A DNA stretch of 64,000 nt, from NCBI GenBank assembly GCA_004295015.1, contig SHNE01000044.1:3998-67997 (forward strand), in the 5' to 3' direction. Positions within the stretch are counted from its first letter, which is position 1. The number at the start of each line of letters is the position of its first letter. The translations under genes and the position numbers were made by a program. The stretch is from Bacteroidota bacterium. Its GTDB lineage: Bacteria > Bacteroidota > Bacteroidia > AKYH767-A > 2013-40CM-41-45. This document shows, one piece after another, positions 9,863 to 18,101 of this stretch. Under the pieces are notes generated by a model. It had not been told where the DNA came from. It did not search any database and was given only the letters and a program-made list of their open reading frames with translations.

Positions 9863-10897
9863 TTATATTTTAATTCCCATTACAAGTACATCATCAACCT
9901 GCTCGTATGCACCTTTCCATGTTTCAAAATAGGTAGAAAGTGAATGACCTTGCACAGACATGCTTTCCTGATGGATGCTCATCAACTGTTCTTTGAATTT
10001 TCCTGACATTATTTTCTTTCCATGCATCCCACCAAATTGATCAGCATAACCGTCGCTATACATGTATAATTGATCTCCCTTTTGAAGTTGTATTTCTTTT
10101 TGAGTAAATTTTCTGTCCTCGTCGGGGCGGAATCCACCGATCGGTAATTTATCCGGACGAAGGCTATCTGCCTGACCATTTCGTATAAGGAACAAAGGTC
10201 TGTTCGCTCCTGCAAAACTGGCTTCCATTGTCATGGGATTATATCGTAGAAGTGCGATATCCATCCCACTATGGCTTTCATTATCTTTTTGCTGTAAGGC
10301 AGTTACAATACCTTCATTCAAGTTTCCAAGAATTTCTGCAGGAGCACTTATTTTTTTTTGGCCAATTATCTGGTGTAAAAGTGAGGATCCCACCATCGAC
10401 ATGAATGCACCTGCGACACCATGTCCTGTACAATCGGCAATAGCTATGTATCCAACTCCATCCACTTCTTCAAAAAAGTAAAAATCTCCACTGACTATAT
10501 CTTTGGGTTGGTAAAGGACAAAGTATTCCGGAAAGATCTTACGGATATTTTCTTCCTTGGGCAATACGGCATATTGAATGTTTCGTGCATAACGTAAGCC
10601 ATCGAGAATGTCCTGGTTTTGTTGCCCTATGTTCAGATTCTTTCGTTCGAGTTCCCATTTTTGCATCATTACCTGATAAGCTCTCTCACTTAACTTAGCA
10701 GAGAGATTCTTATTCTCATCCTTAAAACGCTTGTTCACCCAACGGAAATAAAAATAGCCGCCTGCCAAAATAAAAATGTTGCTGAATATCAAAAAAAGAG
10801 TCAACTCTTGGCTGAAATAAGATCCTCTTCGGAGACTATCCAATAAAATGCCGGGATATGAAGCTAAGTACAACAGACTCATGAGCTTTAAATGCAA
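9863..10897 (-). CDS. Membrane-anchored PP2C-family (SpoIIE/RsbU-like) serine phosphatase, SiaA-like
   Basis: N-terminal transmembrane helices and a coiled coil, followed by a PP2C core: GDFYFFEEVDGVGYIAIADCTGHGVAGAFMSMV ... YMYSDGYADQFGG ... DDVLVMGIKI. Confidence 0.75.
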   Translation of the reverse strand: MHLKLMSLLYLASYPGILLDSLRRGSYFSQELTLFLIFSNIFILAGGYFYFRWVNKRFKDENKNLSAKLSERAYQVMMQKWELERKNLNIGQQNQDILDGLRYARNIQYAVLPKEENIRKIFPEYFVLYQPKDIVSGDFYFFEEVDGVGYIAIADCTGHGVAGAFMSMVGSSLLHQIIGQKKISAPAEILGNLNEGIVTALQQKDNESHSGMDIALLRYNPMTMEASFAGANRPLFLIRNGQADSLRPDKLPIGGFRPDEDRKFTQKEIQLQKGDQLYMYSDGYADQFGGMHGKKIMSGKFKEQLMSIHQESMSVQGHSLSTYFETWKGAYEQVDDVLVMGIKI

Positions 10898-11070
10898 GCT
10901 GCAAATTAGGCTTTTATTCTAAACTAATTGTTGATTTTTATGCTCTCTATAATGAAGCATTTGGCTAAGGAATACTGATCGACCGATTCAATTGTTATTT
11001 TATTCCTTATTTTTCTTTTGTAAACTGAAGTATATCCCTATTTTTGATCGATACCATTATCCCAAAAGCA

Positions 11071-11622
11071 ATGCCGGGCCCTGACATGTACAAATTGTTT
11101 AATCAGATGGATGAGGATAATATTATCCTTTCCTTCAAGGGCAGTATCAGCAAAGAGTTACTTTCTTCGATTTACGATATCATGGAAACGCGTCTGGATC
11201 AAACCAGCGATGATCAGCAAAGAAAGAAGAAATTTTACCATATCCTGGTGGAGAGTTTACAGAATATCTTTCATCATATGGAAGGCGTAAGTAGTGTAGA
11301 AAAAGGCAGTTTAGACAAAGAGGCTATGTTTATGGTAGGTTACCATCCTGCTACCGGTTACAGAATCCTGACAGGTAATTTTATGAAGAGTGATGAAGTA
11401 CCTGCTTTGGAAGAGAAACTGAAAAAGATAAATACCCTAAAGCCGGATGAGCTAAGAGAATATTACCGGGAAAAACTTGGTAGTACGGAACTCAGTGACC
11501 GTGGAGGTGCCGGATTGGGTTTTATTGATATGGCTCGTAAATCAGGGCAGAAGTTGGAATTTCATTTTCAGCCGGTAGAGAAGGGAATACATTTTTTTAC
11601 TTTCTCCGTTAGTATACGTTAA
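11071..11622 (+). CDS. SiaB-like protein kinase with a GHKL/anti-sigma-kinase-like fold
   Basis: ELSDRGGAGLGFIDMARKSGQKLEF resembles a G2-box ATP lid. It is divergent from the PP2C gene and immediately followed by a DUF1987 gene. The ORF track starts at a TTG at 11044; I prefer the ATG at 11071. Confidence 0.5.
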   Translation: MPGPDMYKLFNQMDEDNIILSFKGSISKELLSSIYDIMETRLDQTSDDQQRKKKFYHILVESLQNIFHHMEGVSSVEKGSLDKEAMFMVGYHPATGYRILTGNFMKSDEVPALEEKLKKINTLKPDELREYYREKLGSTELSDRGGAGLGFIDMARKSGQKLEFHFQPVEKGIHFFTFSVSIR

Positions 11623-11635
11623 AAAAAGAAGCAAT

Positions 11636-12019
11636 ATGGATCCTTTAATTATTGAAGAAAGTATTAAAACACCAACAATTTCATTCGATGCCGGCTCCGG
11701 TGTTCTGGAAATAAAAGGCAAATCTATTCCGGAGAATTCGCTGGAATTTTATAAACCTGTCTTCGATTGGTTGGACAAGTACACATCAAGTCCTGCACAG
11801 TCAACAGAGTTTCGCGTTCAATTGGAATATTTTAATACTAGCTCCAGTAAATGCCTGCTCGATCTTTTTCGCAAACTTGAAGCTACTGCTACTTCCGGAA
11901 AAAGCAAGGTGAAGGTAAGCTGGTTCTATGAAGCCGACGATGAAGACATGATGGAGGCCGGTGATGATTATCAGGCCTTGGTGAAAATTCCTTTTGAGTT
12001 GATAAAAGTGGAGGGTTGA
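11636..12019 (+). CDS. DUF1987 / SiaC-like partner-switch protein
   Basis: The SIPENSLEFYKPVFDWLDKY and QLEYFNTSSSKCLLDLF motifs match the DUF1987 (SiaC) signature as I recall it. The size, 127 aa, is typical. Confidence 0.55.
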   Translation: MDPLIIEESIKTPTISFDAGSGVLEIKGKSIPENSLEFYKPVFDWLDKYTSSPAQSTEFRVQLEYFNTSSSKCLLDLFRKLEATATSGKSKVKVSWFYEADDEDMMEAGDDYQALVKIPFELIKVEG

Positions 12020-12068
12020 GAAATTTCGCATTGGCTTATTTATTTAAGTATAATTTTTTTGGGGCTTC

Positions 12069-12416
12069 ATGACCGCACAAAACAACCACATCAACTACAT
12101 CGAGTTCAAGGCCATTGACCTTGAAAAAATAAAATCTTTTTATTCAACAGCCTTTGGCTGGACCTTTACTGATTATGGCCCGGGATATGTTGCTTTTGAA
12201 GAGAGCGGATTACAGGGAGGCTTTGAAAAAACGGATGCAAATATTGTAAATGGGGCTTTGGTTGTATTGTATCATCAAGACCTCATAATGTTAAAAGATA
12301 AAATTAAGGATGCAGGCGGAAGAATCTCCAAAGACATTTTTTCTTTTCCTGGTGGAAAACGTTTTCACTTTGTGGATCCGTCAGGGAATGAACTGGCAGT
12401 TTGGTCGGATAAATAA
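12069..12416 (+). CDS. VOC-family (glyoxalase/bleomycin-resistance fold) protein
   Basis: 115 aa. YIEFKAIDLEKIKSFYSTAFGWTF...YVAF has the betaalphabetabetabeta glyoxalase pattern. Confidence 0.65.
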   Translation: MTAQNNHINYIEFKAIDLEKIKSFYSTAFGWTFTDYGPGYVAFEESGLQGGFEKTDANIVNGALVVLYHQDLIMLKDKIKDAGGRISKDIFSFPGGKRFHFVDPSGNELAVWSDK

Positions 12417-12419
12417 GTT

Positions 12420-12458
12420 GAAATCTGACATTTGCCTGTAGTCTGATTTCATTTTTTA
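12420..12458 (+). terminator. Rho-independent terminator after the VOC gene
   Basis: GAAATCTGAC-atttgcctgta-GTCTGATTTC (9 of 10 bp stem) followed by ATTTTTT. Confidence 0.5.
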
Positions 12459-12581
12459 CATTTTTATGAAGTACAATTTATATTCGGATTGATATACCTA
12501 ATTATTTTTGAGTCTTGACAATTTAATACCTTTGCCTGGCGTTATTCCATTCTTTTAAATAGTCTGCTAAACAATATTCCC

Positions 12582-13949
12582 ATGAATGATAATAAACTTT
12601 CATTTTTTGAAAAGGCAAATAACTGGATTCGGCAATCTGTCACGATCCGTTTAATGACAATGGGAATTCTGATCCTTCTCTTATTGATACCCGTATCAAT
12701 GGTAGAAGATCTCATACGGGAAAGAGAATATAGACAAGAAGAAGCAATAAGGGAAGTCAGTTCGAAGTGGGGCGAGAAACAAACCATTACCGGAATGGTG
12801 CTAACGGTTCCTTATAAAAGTTATGAGAAAGTTTTTGAAACCGAGAGTAATGAAAAGTACAAATTAATAGAATCCGTTAAGTTCGCACATTTTTTACCTG
12901 AACTGTTGAACATCGATGGAGAAATTTCTCCTGAGATCAGATATCGGGGTATTTATGAGGTAATTGTATACAATTCAAAAGTTAGGTTGACCGGGAATTT
13001 CCTGATGCCGAATTTTGACGAGTGGAAGATAGCCAAAGAGAATATTATCTGGGATGATGCTTATTTATCATTGGGTCTTTCAGATTTGAGAAGTATTCAG
13101 GAAAACATTTCGGTGGAATGGAATAACAAACAATATTTTTTCAATCCGGGTGTAGAATCTAGCGATGTAATTCAAACCGGAATAAGTACACGGCTTTCAT
13201 TGAACCATACCGACAGTCTGGGAGCAAATTTCATTTTTTCTCTCAATCTGAATTTTAATGGCAGCTCGGGATTAAGTTTTATTCCTCTTGGGAAAGTCAG
13301 CAAGGTGAATATTAAATCAAAATGGCAGAACCCGAGTTTTGACGGAGCTTTTCTACCTGATAATAGAGAGATTAACGCTGATGGTTTTACAGCCAACTGG
13401 GAAGTATTGCATTTGAACCGTTCGTACCCTCAAAGTTTCAGAGGAAGTGTTGAAGGAATAGAGGAATCATCTTTTGGAGTTAATCTGATTGTACCGGTTG
13501 ATGAATACCAAAAAAGTATGCGATCGGCCAAGTATGCAGTAATGTTCATTGCCTTAACTTTTTTAATTTTCTTTTTCGTTCAAATTCTGAATGAAGTAAG
13601 AATTCATCCTATTCAATACATCATAGTTGGTTTGGCTCTATGTGTTTTTTATACATTGCTAATAGCTTTGTCGGAGCACATTGCTTTTAACTATAGTTAT
13701 CTAATAGCAAGTGTTTCCATTATCGCATTGATTACTCTTTATGCAAAAAGTATTTTCAAAAGTTCAATGCTTACAGGTGTGATGTGTTTGATTCTTAGTA
13801 TACTTTATCTCTTTATATTTTCCATTCTACAAATGGAAGATTATGCTTTACTTATGGGAAGTGTGGGTCTTTTTATTCTTCTGGCAATTGTGATGTATTT
13901 GTCAAGAAAAATAGATTGGTATGCGATAAAAACAAAAGGAGGAGAATAA
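12582..13949 (+). CDS. creD: Cell-envelope integrity inner-membrane protein CreD
   Basis: N-terminal helix, then LIREREYRQEEAIREVSSKWGEKQTITGMVLTVPY and a GIYEV motif, a C-terminal cluster of five or six transmembrane helices, and 455 aa. This matches CreD-family architecture. Confidence 0.7.
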   Translation: MNDNKLSFFEKANNWIRQSVTIRLMTMGILILLLLIPVSMVEDLIREREYRQEEAIREVSSKWGEKQTITGMVLTVPYKSYEKVFETESNEKYKLIESVKFAHFLPELLNIDGEISPEIRYRGIYEVIVYNSKVRLTGNFLMPNFDEWKIAKENIIWDDAYLSLGLSDLRSIQENISVEWNNKQYFFNPGVESSDVIQTGISTRLSLNHTDSLGANFIFSLNLNFNGSSGLSFIPLGKVSKVNIKSKWQNPSFDGAFLPDNREINADGFTANWEVLHLNRSYPQSFRGSVEGIEESSFGVNLIVPVDEYQKSMRSAKYAVMFIALTFLIFFFVQILNEVRIHPIQYIIVGLALCVFYTLLIALSEHIAFNYSYLIASVSIIALITLYAKSIFKSSMLTGVMCLILSILYLFIFSILQMEDYALLMGSVGLFILLAIVMYLSRKIDWYAIKTKGGE

Positions 13950-14135
13950 CCATTATATTTATTAAATTGTAATATAGAATTTAGGCTGTGTTCGTTTATT
14001 GCTGACAAGAAAACATCAATGATATATAAATCAGGCTTTTGCTTTCCTTATCGCCTAACTTTTTGGCACGACTATTTATTTACTATTCTCCAATAAACTG
14101 CTCTGCTTTGATAGTTTCCCAAACTCTTTCTTAAT

Positions 14136-14711
14136 ATGACTTCGCACCCGGTACTCGTTAAAAATATGGTTTGTCATCGCTGTGTACTCTCAGTCGAGGA
14201 TATATTAACTAAGGAAGCTATTCCATTTAACGCTGTGCTCATTGGGGAGATTCATTTGGCTAATCCAATAACCGTTGAGGAGAAAGAGAGACTTTCTGCC
14301 AAGTTGAAAGCTGTAGGTTTTGAATTAATTGACACTCATTTAACCGGTTTAATTGAAAAGATCAAATTGCTCGTCACACGGAAGGCTCGTAACGAGGTTG
14401 ATAAAAAGGAAGCGAAGCTAAATCTATCGGCATATCTTTCAGATAAACTTAATTACGAATATACCCATCTTAGTAGCCTGTTTTCATCTGTCGAAGGACG
14501 AACCATCGAGAAGTATTTTATTGAACAAAGGGTTGAAAAAGCCAAAGAACTCCTTATTTATGGCCAAATGACCTTGTCTGAAATAGCTTTTGAACTTGAC
14601 TATAGTAGTACCGCGCATCTTTCAACCCAATTTAAAAAATTGACCGGTTTGACCCCTTCCTACTTCAAAGAGGTGGGAATTGCCAAGCGAAAAGCGCTTG
14701 ATAAAGTATAA
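14136..14711 (+). CDS. Metal-sensing transcriptional regulator: N-terminal heavy-metal-associated (HMA) domain fused to an AraC-type HTH
   Basis: VLVKNMVCHRCVLSVEDILTKEAIP...VGFELI fits the M-x-C-x-x-C ferredoxin-like HMA fold. The C-terminal LSEIAFELDYSSTAHLSTQFKKLTGLTPSYFKE is an AraC HTH. Confidence 0.65.
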   Translation: MTSHPVLVKNMVCHRCVLSVEDILTKEAIPFNAVLIGEIHLANPITVEEKERLSAKLKAVGFELIDTHLTGLIEKIKLLVTRKARNEVDKKEAKLNLSAYLSDKLNYEYTHLSSLFSSVEGRTIEKYFIEQRVEKAKELLIYGQMTLSEIAFELDYSSTAHLSTQFKKLTGLTPSYFKEVGIAKRKALDKV

Positions 14712-14747
14712 TCCCAATATTATATAATCCTTACCCAAAGTACTATA

Positions 14748-14778
14748 ACACCCAAGCTGGGTGTCGGCTATACTTTTG
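14748..14778 (+). promoter_or_regulatory. Dyad-symmetric site ACACCC-aagct-GGGTGT plus a candidate Bacteroidota -7 box (TACTTTTG). Together they form a putative operator and promoter for the Cys-rich gene.
   Basis: Inverted 6-bp arms at 14748-14764. TACTTTTG at 14771-14778 lies 28 nt upstream of the ATG at 14806. Confidence 0.35.
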
Positions 14779-14805
14779 TCCTATAAATTTTAAATATATA
14801 GAACA

Positions 14806-14979
14806 ATGAAAAACGCCAATGTAAAGAGCCAAAGCGCTCTTGAAAACAGCCAGTCCACTTGTGGCAGAGCAAATTGTACATGCGAGACTTGCATGTGTGA
14901 AACATGTACCTGTGGTACTTCAAAATCCGGAAATTGCACTTGCGGTACTTCGTGCAACTGTTCAGGCTCTTGCAGCTAA
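14806..14979 (+). CDS. Cys-rich 57-aa miniprotein, a metallothionein-like candidate metal-binding peptide
   Basis: ATG at 14806, TAA at 14977. The translation is MKNANVKSQSALENSQSTCGRANCTCETCMCETCTCGTSKSGNCTCGTSCNCSGSCS, with 14 Cys in C-x-C/C-T-C repeats. A strong terminator follows. It is missing from the ORF track because it is under 60 aa. Confidence 0.5.
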   Translation: MKNANVKSQSALENSQSTCGRANCTCETCMCETCTCGTSKSGNCTCGTSCNCSGSCS

Positions 14980-14986
14980 TTATTTG

Positions 14987-15022
14987 AATAGCCGCTTCTT
15001 CGGGAGCGGCTATTATTTAAAC
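14987..15022 (+). terminator. Rho-independent terminator after the Cys-rich ORF
   Basis: Perfect 10-bp inverted repeat AATAGCCGCT-tcttcggg-AGCGGCTATT, then a T-rich ATTTAAA stretch. Confidence 0.55.
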
Positions 15023-15046
15023 CAAAAACAATTAAATTCTAAAGAA

Positions 15047-15838
15047 ATGAAAAATATATTACTAATCCTGGTTATTCTCTTTTTGGCCTCTTGTAAGAAA
15101 GAGGAATTTAATCCCAACCTCACAAAGGAGTTTTCCATTCACGCAAGTTCCAACGGTGCAAACTATGATATTAAAGTTGCACTTCCTGAAAACTATAATC
15201 CTGAAGCAACACAATATTCTACAATATATCTCCTGGATGGAGAAGAGATTTTTTCATTTGTCGCCGAAAAATCAAAAAAAATAAGTTCTGATTTGTCTGT
15301 TTTAAATGCCTTGGTAATAAGTATAAGTTATGGTAACGACAGAGTCAATGATTATACTCCTTCAAAGGCAAGTGAAGGAGATGGAGGAGCTGAAAATTTT
15401 GCGCTCTTTATCAAAAATGACTTGATACCAAGGATAGAGAGTGATTTTGCCGCAGACACTTCCAGAAGAAGTCGTGTTATCCTCGGACATTCCTTCGGTG
15501 GCTTGTTTGCAGCTTATGCATTTACAAATCATAATAGCGATTTCGGGAATTACATTATGCTTAGTCCTTCTATTTGGTACGACAATGAGATCATGCTAAG
15601 ACTTGAGCAGGAGAACCGCAATACGAATAAGTACAATGATCAATTGGTTTTCATGGGTATCGGTTAAATTGATAACAATGGAAGAATGCTCGCGCCCTAT
15701 CAGGCTTTTTATAATCGATTAAAAGACAATTATCCTTCAATTAAAATTACGAGTCATATTGAACCACACCTTGATCACATGGGGTCTGAAAAGCCTAACA
15801 TTATAGAAGGTCTTAATTTTTATTTTAAAAACCGTTAA
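15047..15838 (+). pseudogene. Lipoprotein esterase (alpha/beta hydrolase, putative esterase/Fes-IroE-like family) interrupted by an in-frame TAA at 15665-15667
   Basis: Lipoprotein signal (MKNILLILVILFLASC). It has the GHSFGG nucleophile elbow. The reading frame continues in the same frame after the TAA (IDNNGRMLAPYQAFYNRLKDNYP...HLDHMGSEKPNIIEGLNFYFKNR), which is the expected C-terminal part of this esterase family including the catalytic His region. Confidence 0.55.
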
Positions 15839-15881
15839 TCAAATTCAATTTATCAAAATCATATAAAAGTAACACACACAC

Positions 15882-16496
15882 ATGAAAATCTTCAAAATAT
15901 TACCCGTCCTAATAATCCTGTTGAATCTTTCAACATCAGCAAAGAAAAATGACTCTATCGGATTGGCACAGCAAAATTACCCGATATCAATTATAAGTAT
16001 TGAGCCTTCTATTGGACTAAAGCCATCTCCTATGTCTGATCTGATAATTAGCAATCTTGTTCAGTGGAATTTAATGAAAAGACTAAGTATTGTGTCTCAT
16101 ACTTCCTACTCTTTCAACAATGTATTTCTCAGAGAATTTAATTATGTGGAAACAGATTATAACTATTCCCTGGGACAGAAATTTGGAATCGGAACTTCTC
16201 TGTATTCAAATCGCTCTTCGCACACATTTTCTTTGATGGCCGGAATAAAATACGACTCCTATAAAGAGACTTTGGCTAACCCTGAATTTGAAAAGGTCTC
16301 GGCATCTGCAAATTCTCTAAGTCCTGACTTTGGATTGTTATATAATTTGAAAAAGGGAAAGAAAAAATACTATTTTAGCTTCAGCATGTATCTTCCTCTT
16401 TACCCATATCCGATGATAAGTTTAGATACTTATAGTCTGAGCGGAAACCTGGCGAATATCTCTATGGAATTCGGAGTAGGAATCCGATTAAAATAA
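15882..16496 (+). CDS. Small secreted hypothetical protein (204 aa), possibly an outer-membrane beta-barrel
   Basis: Signal peptide (MKIFKILPVLIILLNLSTSA). Alternating hydrophobic pattern and a Y/S/G-rich composition. Confidence 0.45.
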   Translation: MKIFKILPVLIILLNLSTSAKKNDSIGLAQQNYPISIISIEPSIGLKPSPMSDLIISNLVQWNLMKRLSIVSHTSYSFNNVFLREFNYVETDYNYSLGQKFGIGTSLYSNRSSHTFSLMAGIKYDSYKETLANPEFEKVSASANSLSPDFGLLYNLKKGKKKYYFSFSMYLPLYPYPMISLDTYSLSGNLANISMEFGVGIRLK

Positions 16497-16542
16497 TTAA
16501 ATAAAGGCAACCTGATAAGATTAATCATTTCATCTCAGCATT

Positions 16543-17871
16543 ATGAAAAATCAAAACAAAGTAGTAGAGTATAATTTTGAGGCAAGTGAATTCAACTGGG
16601 ATATAGCTCCCGGGAAAACGATCAAAGCATGGGGTTTCAACAAGCAGCTCCCCGGTCCGGTATTAAGAGCAAACGTTGGCGATACACTTGTTGTTCGGCT
16701 GACCAATAATCTTACACAACCAACTTTGATGCATTGGCATGGATTGAGGATACCTGCCTTCATGGACGGGACGGCTGAAGTTCAGAGACCAATCGAACCC
16801 GGTGAAGTTTTTGAATACCGCTTTGTATTACCTGATGCAGGAACATTTTGGTACCATTCGCATGTCAATGAAACGGTACAAATGGAAAGAGGATTGTATG
16901 GTGCAATCATAGTGGAGGATCCCACTGACCCGATTATGGATGATGAAAAAATATTCATGATTGATGATATGAAATTGGACGAAGCAAATGAATTCACAAC
17001 TCCAGCCTGGTCATTACCCCGCCTTGTTGAAAGACACGATGGACGGGAAGGAAAGACGCTGTTGATCAATGGAAAAGAAACTCCACAAATTCATATTTAT
17101 GCCGGGCAAACTGAAAGATGGAGGTTTGTCAATTCTTCCAGTGCAAGATATTTTGTCTTGTATTTAAATGGGAAAGAATTTAAAATTATAGGAACCGACG
17201 GCGGGCTTCTTGAGCATCCACGAACAGTTACTCAGGTTTTAATAACTCCCGGCGAAAGAATCGATATTGCAGCCGGACCTTTTGAAGAGGGTGAAACATT
17301 TTCCATGGAATCTTTACGATATAACAGAAGTACTTTTTTCAGACCGAAGCGTCAAACGTTTGCAAGCATTGTCGTTGGAAGTCCTAAAGCGTCTGTGGCA
17401 TTTGTCCCCGATACATTGAGAAAGATAGAACCTTTGGCAGATCAACATGCACCTGTAAACCGAAAAATAAAATTATCTGTCGGACCGAGTTTAAAGAACG
17501 GATTAAATTTTCTGGTGAATGGCGATATGCATGTTCAGGATAAACCGGTGAAGGTCGGGGAACTTCAGGTTTGGGAAGTGTCTAACCCCAGTCTGATGGA
17601 TCATCCTTTTCACTTGCACGGTTATTTCTTCCAGGTTATCGAAGAGAACGGAAAAGTACCCGAATACCTTGCATGGAAGGACACCGTTAATTTACTTCCA
17701 AGGTCAAAAGTAAAAATTGCATGGATGCCTGATAATCGTCCCGGTACATGGATGTATCATTGCCATATTATCGAACACCATGCTGCAGGTATGATGGCTA
17801 GTTTTGAAGTAGTTGATGGGACGAAGCCGGTTGGGGAGGAGACACATGCAAGAACGCATCATCATCATTAA
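16543..17871 (+). CDS. Multicopper oxidase (laccase/CueO-like) without a signal peptide and with a C-terminal His-rich tail
   Basis: All four copper-ligand motifs are present: HWHG, WYHSH, HPFHLHG and HCHIIEHHAAGMM. The protein ends in HARTHHHH. An upstream in-frame stop at 16522 rules out a longer N-terminus. Confidence 0.85.
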   Translation: MKNQNKVVEYNFEASEFNWDIAPGKTIKAWGFNKQLPGPVLRANVGDTLVVRLTNNLTQPTLMHWHGLRIPAFMDGTAEVQRPIEPGEVFEYRFVLPDAGTFWYHSHVNETVQMERGLYGAIIVEDPTDPIMDDEKIFMIDDMKLDEANEFTTPAWSLPRLVERHDGREGKTLLINGKETPQIHIYAGQTERWRFVNSSSARYFVLYLNGKEFKIIGTDGGLLEHPRTVTQVLITPGERIDIAAGPFEEGETFSMESLRYNRSTFFRPKRQTFASIVVGSPKASVAFVPDTLRKIEPLADQHAPVNRKIKLSVGPSLKNGLNFLVNGDMHVQDKPVKVGELQVWEVSNPSLMDHPFHLHGYFFQVIEENGKVPEYLAWKDTVNLLPRSKVKIAWMPDNRPGTWMYHCHIIEHHAAGMMASFEVVDGTKPVGEETHARTHHHH

Positions 17872-17902
17872 TTGTAGTTAGAGGGGGGCTATTTTAGACA
17901 CA

Positions 17903-17925
17903 ATCCGGATCTTAGCTATGGAGCT
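17903..17925 (+). terminator. Possible terminator hairpin after the multicopper oxidase gene
   Basis: TAGCTATG-gagcttg-CATAGTTA (7 of 8 bp) followed by T-rich sequence. Confidence 0.25.
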
Positions 17926-18101
17926 TGCATAGTTATCGCATTTAATTTTTGCTTCAATCCGGAAAAAGCACTAATCTTATTAATTATTTTGAAGCTTTGA
18001 ACGGATACCTTCCTCATCTTGCAGACAAATAACCCTACTTTGAATAATATGTTTTATAAACAGTTAAAAACGATTCAATTTTGTGCCCTTAAATCTCAAA
18101 A

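Noticed and set aside
14840-15667. ORF-track 275-aa ORF starting at 14840 (MKTASPLVAEQ...), which would fuse sequence overlapping the Cys-rich gene region to the esterase
   Set aside because: The first 69 codons overlap the Cys-rich ORF in another frame and read through its terminator hairpin. A proper lipoprotein signal peptide begins at the internal ATG at 15047. I therefore treat 15047 as the true start and the upstream part as a frame artefact.
15665-15667. Possibility that the in-frame TAA in the esterase reflects stop-codon reassignment or programmed readthrough
   Set aside because: TAA is used as the terminator of many well-conserved genes in this window (ppa, sod, tdk and others), so a recoded genetic code is implausible. 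A point mutation or a sequencing error is more parsimonious.
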